Virus record (IMG/VR): IMGVR_UViG_2778261510_000012
DNA: 22,380 bases
Reading direction: 5' to 3' (one strand)
Origin: a virus
Taxonomy: Duplodnaviria > Heunggongvirae > Uroviricota > Caudoviricetes
Both the position numbers and the translations under genes were made by a program. The notes beneath the pieces were generated by a model. That model did not search any database. It was not told where the DNA came from and worked only from the letters and a program-made list of their open reading frames with translations. Shown in pieces: positions 16,157-22,380 of this stretch (position 1 is its first letter; each line of letters begins with the position of its first letter).

Positions 16157-16482
16157 TTCCTTTCTCAGGACAAAAAAAGACACGAGCATCCAGGAATACT
16201 CGTGGGACAACGTCCTTTAGATAGCAATTTGCGAGAGGGTAAAAAGTAGCGCGGTCGTCGGATTAAGACCGCGGGACAAAGTCCATGAAGAATAATAAGT
16301 ATTGGCCCCCTTCCGGGGACATGTTCATACTACTAAGCTTCAGAAGTGGTTTAAATCCTCAAATTAACCTTAATTTTCGGTAAGTCTTATTTCATTTCTT
16401 TGCGCCACATCTGGTGCGCATCAAATAACGCCACACAAAGGGCATCTGCGGATGCCGGTGCTTTTGACGGGGTGTTTTTTAC

Positions 16483-16505
16483 GGGCCGCTGGTGGCCCTT
16501 TTTTA
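16483..16505 (+). terminator. Terminator-like hairpin just upstream of the lysis cassette
   Basis: GGGCC-GCTGGT-GGCCC followed by TTTTTTAT; preceded by a second hairpin GCATC-TGCG-GATGC. Confidence 0.45.
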
Positions 16506-16522
16506 TTTACAGGAGAAAAAGT

Positions 16523-16915
16523 ATGTCTGAACCCTTATCCGGTTCCGGCACGGCTGCGGCGCTCGGTGGAGCGACGGTATTCGGGCTGTTTACCGGAACG
16601 GATTTCGGGATTGTGTTTGGTGCGTTCGCCGGGGCGTTATTTGTGGCAACGATGCCGCAGGCGCTTTCAGCCTGGCGTGTGGTGGCGCATTTTCTTGTGT
16701 CGTTCATTATCGGCGTGCTGGGCGCAGAGGTTCTGGCGTCCTGGCTGGTAAAGCATACAGGGTTTGACGGTGCACCTGTTGACGCATTGTGTGCAGTACT
16801 GGTGTCAGTGGTGTCGGTAAAGATTCTGTCGTTCATCCACCAGCAGGATATTGCATCACTGGTGTCCGGCCTGTTCTCCCGCCTGCGGGGCGGAGGAGGC
16901 GGCAATGTTAAATAA
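16523..16915 (+). CDS. Holin-like membrane protein
   Basis: 130 aa from the ATG at 16523 (AGGAG RBS); Gly/Ala-rich hydrophobic helices; first gene of the lysis cassette. Confidence 0.5.
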   Translation: MSEPLSGSGTAAALGGATVFGLFTGTDFGIVFGAFAGALFVATMPQALSAWRVVAHFLVSFIIGVLGAEVLASWLVKHTGFDGAPVDALCAVLVSVVSVKILSFIHQQDIASLVSGLFSRLRGGGGGNVK

Positions 16916-17180
16916 CCTTCCCGGATTGCTGAATGTGGCGTTGTGCTCGTTTATCGTGCCGACGCTCTTTTTTTATCGCCGTCGTGACTCCAGACACAAA
17001 CCGCTGATGTCATGGCTGGCCTGGTTGTTGATGACGGTATATGCGCTTCCGCCACTTGCCTTTCTCTGTGGCACCATTCTTCCCGGTAACTGGCTGGTCG
17101 TGTTTTTTAATCTGTTGTTCTGCGTACTGGTAATACGCGCACGCGGGAACGTCACAAAAATCTTTCCATTGTTGAGGTGA
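16905..17180 (+). CDS. Small membrane protein (second holin or antiholin candidate)
   Basis: 91 aa with 2-3 hydrophobic segments; overlaps the end of the holin-like gene and abuts the endolysin start. Confidence 0.4.
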   Translation: MLNNLPGLLNVALCSFIVPTLFFYRRRDSRHKPLMSWLAWLLMTVYALPPLAFLCGTILPGNWLVVFFNLLFCVLVIRARGNVTKIFPLLR

Positions 17181-17182
17181 AT

Positions 17183-17560
17183 ATGTCGGGTAAATTCAGA
17201 TTTAGTCGTCGCAGCGAAAAGAATCTGGAGGGCGTCAAACCACAGCTGGTTGCCGTGGTTCGCCGTGCGCTGGAGCTGACGGAGGTTGATTTCGGTATTA
17301 CGGAAGGCCTGCGCACGAAAGAACGCCAGAAACAGCTGGTTGCAGAAGGCAAGAGCCAGACCATGAACAGTCGTCACCTGACCGGTGATGCGGTGGATGT
17401 TGTGGCTTACGTTGGCAGCCAGGTGTCATGGGACTGGGCTCTGTACGAGAAAATCGCGCAGGCATTTAAGCAGGCTGCCGCAGAGCTGGGAACTGCCATC
17501 GAATGGGGCGGGGACTGGAAAACACTGAAAGACGGGCCTCACTTTCAGTTGAAACGCTGA
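17183..17560 (+). CDS. Endolysin, peptidase M15 family (L-alanyl-D-glutamate endopeptidase-like)
   Basis: 125 aa; GLRTKERQ...SRHLTGDAVDV...GGDW...GPHFQL matches the His/Asp zinc-binding pattern of M15 endolysins; RBS GAGGTG. Confidence 0.8.
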   Translation: MSGKFRFSRRSEKNLEGVKPQLVAVVRRALELTEVDFGITEGLRTKERQKQLVAEGKSQTMNSRHLTGDAVDVVAYVGSQVSWDWALYEKIAQAFKQAAAELGTAIEWGGDWKTLKDGPHFQLKR

Positions 17561-17574
17561 TAACCAGGTGTGTT

Positions 17575-17757
17575 ATGAGCAGAAAACACTGGACACACAG
17601 AATGCCACGAGTGGCGGCGAAATGGGCACTGGTAGCGATACTGGTGCCTTTTTTCTTGGCGGGATGCGTCAGCCTGGATAAGGCGCGTCAGCTTTTCGAT
17701 ACAGCTTCTCAGGTCTGCGAAATTGTTGATAGTGTCCGGCAGTGTCTGCAGAACTGA
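17575..17757 (+). CDS. Small lipoprotein (outer-membrane spanin-like candidate)
   Basis: 60 aa with signal peptide and lipobox FLAGC immediately after the endolysin; not proline-rich like lambda Rz1, so the assignment is positional. Confidence 0.4.
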   Translation: MSRKHWTHRMPRVAAKWALVAILVPFFLAGCVSLDKARQLFDTASQVCEIVDSVRQCLQN

Positions 17758-17799
17758 CCGACGGTGAGAGCAGAATATTTTTTAGCGGAGCGAAATTCT

Positions 17800-18150
17800 A
17801 TGCCATCACAAATCCCCCGCGCCTGCCGTAAGCGTGGATGTGCAGGTACAACCACAGACAGTTCTGGTTACTGCGATAAACATCGTGGCGAAGGATGGGT
17901 ACAGCATCAGCGCGGACTGAGCCGCCACCAGCGTGGCTATGGCTCGAAATGGGATGCCATACGTGCGCGCATACTGAAGCGTGATAATCATCTGTGTCAG
18001 AACTGCATGCGCAATGGGAGAGCCGTTGAAGCCAGAACTGTGGACCACATCATTCCGAAAGCTCATGGTGGCACGGATGCAGACAGTAACCTGCAGAGTC
18101 TGTGCTGCCCCTGTCATAAAGCAAAAACAGCGCGCGAACGCATCAATTGA
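17800..18150 (+). CDS. HNH endonuclease (terminase-associated)
   Basis: 116 aa from the ATG at 17800; CxxC...DHIIPKAHGG...NLQSLCCPCHKAK is the classic HNH motif; directly upstream of the small terminase. Confidence 0.85.
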   Translation: MPSQIPRACRKRGCAGTTTDSSGYCDKHRGEGWVQHQRGLSRHQRGYGSKWDAIRARILKRDNHLCQNCMRNGRAVEARTVDHIIPKAHGGTDADSNLQSLCCPCHKAKTARERIN

Positions 18151-18298
18151 TAACAGTTCCCGTCTGTAGGGGAGGGGCGGGTCAAATCTCTGCAGCCCTG
18201 GCTGCTCAGTACCGCCGCCTGACCCTTCCTCACATCGCCGCAGGTTCGAAAACTTTTTTTTGGGAATGTGATTAAATGATTGATAGGTAAAACCGATT

Positions 18299-18781
18299 AT
18301 GTCAGGACCCCCGAAAACCCCGCCACGCCTGCATTTGATACGAGGCAACCCCTCAAAGCGCCCCGTTAAAGACCCAAAAAAAACCGCTAAAAAGGATGAA
18401 AAAGGTCTCCCTAAAATTCCGCAACATTTAGGGTCGCAGGGGAAGTACTGGTTCAGGCGAATGGCGGAAGAACTGAATGCGGAAGGGATCATTTCTCAGC
18501 TTGATGCGCGTGCACTCGAGTTACTGGTGGAAGCCTACACCGAATACCGGCATCACTGCGAAACACTTGATGCTGAGGGTTATACCTACCGCACGGAAAC
18601 GCAGAACGGTGATGTGCTGATTAAGGCACACCCGGCTGCTGCGATGAAAGCGGATGCCTGGAAGCGGATCCGGGCGATGCTTGCAGAGTTTGGTATGTCA
18701 CCGGCAAGCCGGGCGAAAGTAAATACCGCCGGACCGGATGATGTTGATCCGCTGGCGGAACTTTTAAAAGCGAGAGACTGA
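18299..18781 (+). CDS. Terminase small subunit (P27-family-like)
   Basis: 160 aa; basic N-terminus, conserved LDARALELLVEAY...AEFGMSPASRAK pattern; stop overlaps the large-subunit start. Confidence 0.8.
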   Translation: MSGPPKTPPRLHLIRGNPSKRPVKDPKKTAKKDEKGLPKIPQHLGSQGKYWFRRMAEELNAEGIISQLDARALELLVEAYTEYRHHCETLDAEGYTYRTETQNGDVLIKAHPAAAMKADAWKRIRAMLAEFGMSPASRAKVNTAGPDDVDPLAELLKARD

Positions 18782-19974
18782 TGGCAAAAGTGGCTGACGG
18801 GATCCGCTACGCCGAACGTGTTGTTGCAGGAGAAATTGTCGCTGGCGAATTTGTCCGTCTGGCCTGCCAGCGTTTTCTTGATGATCTGAAGTACGGCGAA
18901 GAGCGGGGGATTTATTTCAGTGAACCCCGTGCGCAGCACATCCTGAATTTCTACAAATTTGTGCCTCATGTAAAAGGGGCGCTGGCAGGCCAGCCTATTG
19001 AGTTGATGGACTGGCATGTATTTATCCTCATTAATATTTTTGGTTTTGTCATTCCGCTGGTCAATGAAGAGACCGGGGAAGTTGTCATGCGCAGCGATGG
19101 CAGCGGACGTCCGGTGATGGTGCGCCGGTTCCGGACGGCGTACAACGAAGTCGCCCGTAAAAACGCAAAATCAACCCTGTCATCGGGTATCGGTCTGTAT
19201 ATGACGGGGGCAGATGGTGAAGGCGGTGCTGAGGTGTATTCAGCCGCAACTACGCGTGACCAGGCCAGAATCGTGTTTGAAGACGCCAAAAATATGGTCA
19301 GAAAAGCCCGGTCGACACTCGGGCGGTTGTTTGATTTCAACAAGCTGGCGATTTACCAGGAGCAGAGCGCATCAAAATTTGAACCGCTTTCTTCGGATGC
19401 AAACAACCTGGATGGTCTGAACATCCACTGCGCCATTATTGATGAGCTGCATGCACATAAAACCCGTGACGTGTGGGACGTTCTGGAAACGGCAACCGGT
19501 GCCCGTCTGCAGTCCCTTTTATTTGGTATCACCACGGCAGGGTTTAACAAGGAAGGGATTTGTTACGAGCAGCGTGATTACGCCATCAAGGTATTGCGTG
19601 GCTATAACAGCGACGTGGAGGGCGCGGTAAAAGACGACTCCTACTTTGCGATTATTTACACCCTCGATGAGGGAGATGATCCGTTTGATGAAACGGTCTG
19701 GCAGAAAGCGAATCCCGGCCTGGGCATCTGTAAACGCTGGGATGATCTGCGTCGCCTGGCGAAAAAAGCGAAAGAACAGGTCTCTGCGCGGGTGAATTTT
19801 TTTACCAAGAACGTAACATCACGCCGTAACAACAGTGCGGCCTGTCCTGATTTTTTTAGTAACCAAATGAAAGAAAAAGATTTTTTCTTGTTCGTCGTTT
19901 TTGTTTTTTCTGGAAGGTTCTGGCTGTTTTCATCATTTGTGTATTGCACTGTGTATTGCAAAAACGGGTTATAA
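18781..19974 (+). pseudogene. Terminase large subunit, 3'-truncated (ATPase region only)
   Basis: About 340 aa of terminase-like sequence, then the frame runs into AT-rich low-complexity codons (FFTKNVTSRRNNSAACPDFFSNQMKEKDFFLFVVFVF...) and stops; the nuclease domain expected in a ~550-aa protein is missing. Confidence 0.75.
19938..19960. repeat. Tandem direct repeat TGTGTATTGCA x2 upstream of the P4-type integrase
   Basis: TGTGTATTGCA at 19938-19948 and 19950-19960, about 20 bp before the int start. Confidence 0.6.
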
Positions 19975-19979
19975 ATCAC

Positions 19980-21203
19980 ATGGCGCTAAACAAACTGAGC
20001 GATAAAAAACTTCGTTCCCTGCTTGGGCGCAGGAGTGAGAGGCAGGAAACCATCGCTGATGGTAACGGGCTTTCGGTACGGGTCAGTAAATACGGATGTG
20101 TTAGTTTTGTTTTCTTTTACAGACTGGCGGGAAGGGGAACCGCGCCCATCTGGCTGACACTTGGAAAATATCCTGATCTGAGTCTCAAATCAGCGAGAGA
20201 GATGCGCGATCAGTGTCGAACCTGGCTTGCGGAGGGCAGAGATCCACGGATTCAGATAAAAATTGAACGGGAAGCCACCTTGCAACCTGTTACCGTTCGT
20301 GAGGCGCTTGAATACTGGCTTGATAATTATGCAATGGATAAGCGTAGGGGAGCAGAACATATCAGGCAGTGCTTTGGTAAACATATTTATCCGGTGATTG
20401 GTCATGTACCACTTAGTGATTGCTCAATATCTATGTGGATCAAGTGCTTTGACAAAATAAAAAAAGTAGCACCTGTACAGGCCGGAGCTTTATTGCGTAT
20501 ATCAAAACAGGCGCTTAAATTTTGTCGGGTAAGAAAATACGCGATTAGTCATGAAATTGATGATCTTGAGGTCTGTGATGTGGGAAAAAAGTCTGCGCGA
20601 AGAAGCAGGGTTTTAACAGATGATGAAATCAGAGATTTATGGCGAAGTATTAATACTGATTATGACAATCACGAATTATCATATGAAAACCGAATTATTT
20701 TACGTTTCCTGGTAGTTTTTGGTTGCCGACTGTCAGAAGTATTACTGTCCTCCTGGGGAGAGTGGGATTTTGATAAGAAATTATGGCGCGTTCCCGCTGA
20801 TCATAGCAAAAATGGCAGGGAAATAATCAGACCGATTCCTGATGGCATGTTTAACTGGTTAGTTACGTTAAAAAAAATAACAGGTAACAAAGAAAATGTG
20901 ATTGGGTTTGATATGCGTCAGTGTACGGCAAGCGTAACTATCGGTAAGACATGGAAAAGGATGAAACACTCGGAGAAATGGACGGCGCATGATATGCGAA
21001 GAGTGTTTGCCACAAAGCTAAGTGATCATGGTTTTGAACATAATGTGGTTGAACAGTTGCTTGGGCACACATTAGGCGGTGTTGCCGGGGTTTATAACAG
21101 AAGCCAGTATATGGACAGAAAAAAAGAAGCTATGAACTGGTGGTACGACTACCTGAATAAGCTAATTAGTGGTGATGGTAATGATTCAAATAGTTACGCG
21201 TGA
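19980..21203 (+). CDS. Tyrosine integrase, P4 type
   Basis: 407 aa from the ATG at 19980; N-terminus MALNKLSDKKLRSLLG...GNGLSVRVSKYGCVSFVFFYRLAGRG...LGKYPDLSLKSAREMRDQ matches the P4-integrase arm-binding region; C-terminal HDMRRVFAT...LLGHT...YNR catalytic motifs. Confidence 0.9.
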   Translation: MALNKLSDKKLRSLLGRRSERQETIADGNGLSVRVSKYGCVSFVFFYRLAGRGTAPIWLTLGKYPDLSLKSAREMRDQCRTWLAEGRDPRIQIKIEREATLQPVTVREALEYWLDNYAMDKRRGAEHIRQCFGKHIYPVIGHVPLSDCSISMWIKCFDKIKKVAPVQAGALLRISKQALKFCRVRKYAISHEIDDLEVCDVGKKSARRSRVLTDDEIRDLWRSINTDYDNHELSYENRIILRFLVVFGCRLSEVLLSSWGEWDFDKKLWRVPADHSKNGREIIRPIPDGMFNWLVTLKKITGNKENVIGFDMRQCTASVTIGKTWKRMKHSEKWTAHDMRRVFATKLSDHGFEHNVVEQLLGHTLGGVAGVYNRSQYMDRKKEAMNWWYDYLNKLISGDGNDSNSYA

Positions 21204-21402
21204 AGAACTTGAAAATGATAAAACAATCGACAGGATGATTAAGGAAGATGAATGTGCATGGTTAACTGCTCTTGGCAGGAGACACAGATCGTTACTTGAA
21301 AAGGAAGGAAAATTTCCACGAAAAATATGTATTGGCCCACAAACAAAAGTCTGGCGCTTATCTGAGGTGCTGGAATGGGTAAAGGGTGAATGGAAACCCT
21401 GA
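21181..21402 (+). CDS. alpA: AlpA-family transcriptional regulator
   Basis: 73 aa; WLTALGRRHRSLLEKEGKFPRKICIGPQTKVWRLSEVLEWV fits the AlpA HTH pattern; start overlaps the int 3' end (alternative ATG at 21175). Confidence 0.7.
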   Translation: MIQIVTREELENDKTIDRMIKEDECAWLTALGRRHRSLLEKEGKFPRKICIGPQTKVWRLSEVLEWVKGEWKP

Positions 21403-21425
21403 GCTAAATTAAATGAGATATAATC

Positions 21426-21450
21426 AACCCGTCTTTTGGCGGGTTTTTTT
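21426..21450 (+). terminator. Rho-independent terminator after alpA
   Basis: AACCCG-TCTTTTGG-CGGGTT followed by TTTTT. Confidence 0.5.
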
Positions 21451-21465
21451 ATAGGTGATATTTTT

Positions 21466-21744
21466 ATGCAAAAATTTATTTATCCTACACCCGAAGAACG
21501 CATTCAGATTCTGAAAGAGCATGGCGAACCGTATGATCGCCGTATACGCGAACATGAGTGTGCCAATCGTACCGGGCTTTCAAGAAGCAGACGTTGGGTA
21601 CTTGAACAGGAGGGAGCATTTCCTGCTCGTGCTCATTTAGGGAAAGTGTCTGTTTCCTGGTTGCTCTCTGATGTGCTCTGGTGGGTTATGCATCCGCCAG
21701 GAGTAAAGGAAGTAAACAGCCCATACAAAAACGCCAATAAGTAA
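21466..21744 (+). CDS. Second AlpA-like small DNA-binding protein
   Basis: 92 aa from the ATG at 21466; ECANRTGLSRSRRWVLEQEGAFPARAHLGKVSVSWLLSDVLWWV resembles the AlpA/HTH_17 pattern. Confidence 0.5.
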   Translation: MQKFIYPTPEERIQILKEHGEPYDRRIREHECANRTGLSRSRRWVLEQEGAFPARAHLGKVSVSWLLSDVLWWVMHPPGVKEVNSPYKNANK

Positions 21745-21754
21745 TTACCGACAA

Positions 21755-21782
21755 CCCCGCACCACGCAATGCGGGGTTTTTT
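21755..21782 (+). terminator. Rho-independent terminator
   Basis: CCCCGCA-CCACGCAA-TGCGGGG followed by TTTTTT. Confidence 0.6.
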
Positions 21783-21801
21783 GTATGTGAGGTAGAAAGC
21801 G

Positions 21802-22380
21802 ATGAATAAAAATATTGCCGTGACGGGCAAGGGTGACGCACGTCATGTGAAAAAATTCTGTGATATTCGTGATCTGGTCGTTCTGCGCTTTGATGGTGTG
21901 AACGTTCGCGTGGTGTATCTGAACGGCGATCCGTGGTTTGTTGCAAAGGATGTTTGCGCTGCGCTGGAACTGACCAATTCGCGTACGGCGTTGCAGATGC
22001 TTGATGATGATGAAAAGGGAGTAAATTTAACTTACACCCCCGGAGGAAATCAGAATATGAGCATTATCTCTGAGTCAGGTTTCTACAAACTAATAGCCCG
22101 CAGCCGCAAAGCAACGACGCCTGGCACATTTGCTCATCGTTTCAGTAACTGGGTATTCAGGAATGTGATACCAGGTATCAGAAAGACAGGGGCTTATGGT
22201 ATCCCGTGGGGCGCATTGCAGGATTTTTCCCGCCGTAAAGAGCAATATCAAATAAGTGCCAGTGAGAAGGGGAGGGAGCTACAGGCCTGTAAGCGCAAAA
22301 AGCGTGAACTGGAGGAAGAAGAAAAAAGGCTGATACGTGAATATCAGCCTGAGTTTTACTTTGACAACTGCATTCAGTGA
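21802..22380 (+). CDS. Bro-N domain protein (antirepressor-like)
   Basis: 192 aa; FDGVNVRVVYLNGDPWFVAKDVCAALELTNSRTALQMLDDDEKG matches the Bro-N pattern; charged coiled-coil-like C-terminus. Confidence 0.65.
   Translation: MNKNIAVTGKGDARHVKKFCDIRDLVVLRFDGVNVRVVYLNGDPWFVAKDVCAALELTNSRTALQMLDDDEKGVNLTYTPGGNQNMSIISESGFYKLIARSRKATTPGTFAHRFSNWVFRNVIPGIRKTGAYGIPWGALQDFSRRKEQYQISASEKGRELQACKRKKRELEEEEKRLIREYQPEFYFDNCIQ

Larger units (their letters stand above)
469..19850. mobile_element. Lambdoid prophage (Qin/Rac-like early region, HNH-TerS-TerL packaging module), apparently truncated at the right
   Basis: Complete lambdoid order int-xis-exo-early operon-repressor-cro-replication-RusA-Q-tRNA-lysis-terminase; left boundary inferred from the int end, right boundary from the break in the large terminase gene. 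Confidence 0.8.
19850..22380. mobile_element. P4-like / satellite-type integrative element (left part)
   Basis: P4-type integrase followed by two AlpA-like regulators and a Bro-N protein; the element continues beyond the window. Confidence 0.65.

Noticed and set aside
16452-16905. Overlapping 99-aa (plus) and 132-aa (minus) ORFs within the holin-like gene
   Set aside because: Nested in or antisense to the holin-like ORF, which has the RBS and a hydrophobic profile; the minus ORF is Pro/Ala-rich noise.
17806-18492. 228-aa minus-strand ORF spanning the HNH and terS genes
   Set aside because: Antisense to two genes with strong family motifs; no RBS; typical GC-rich antisense artefact.
1-22380. 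CRISPR arrays, IS elements, or toxin or virulence morons such as stx between the Q-like gene and the lysis cassette
   Set aside because: No regularly spaced repeat-spacer arrays, transposase-like ORFs with inverted repeats, or toxin-like ORFs were seen; the Q-to-lysis interval is noncoding.

Overview
This window reads as a mosaic lambdoid prophage of an Escherichia-like enterobacterium, organised like the K-12 Qin/Rac prophages, followed by the start of a second P4-type integrative element. From left to right: a DUF2335 membrane protein gene; integrase and excisionase (minus strand); a large exonuclease-domain protein; a leftward early operon that I recognise as the dicB operon (ydfA/ydfB/ydfC-like small ORFs, DicF sRNA, dicB, ydfD); a cI-like S24 repressor, a Cro/DicC-like gene and a YdaT-like gene; a replication initiator carrying internal iterons; a Hok-family toxin (HokD/RelF-like); a lipoprotein; DUF968, RusA and a Q-like late regulator; a tRNA(CAU) plus a degenerate tRNA-like sequence; about 1.3 kb of noncoding DNA; a lysis cassette with an M15 endolysin; then HNH endonuclease, small terminase and a 3'-truncated large terminase. 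The terminase gene breaks off into AT-rich sequence immediately before a P4-type integrase, two AlpA-like regulators and a Bro-N protein. The two best candidates for undescribed cargo are both AT-rich islands: a convergent, overlapping two-gene cassette (5491-6109) sitting inside the dicB operon between the ydfC-like gene and DicF, and a minus-strand gene with an HNH-like Cys/His motif (10092-10900), apparently frameshifted, in the slot where K-12 Qin carries relBE upstream of hokD. All family assignments are from reading the translations and recalled motifs; no database search was run.
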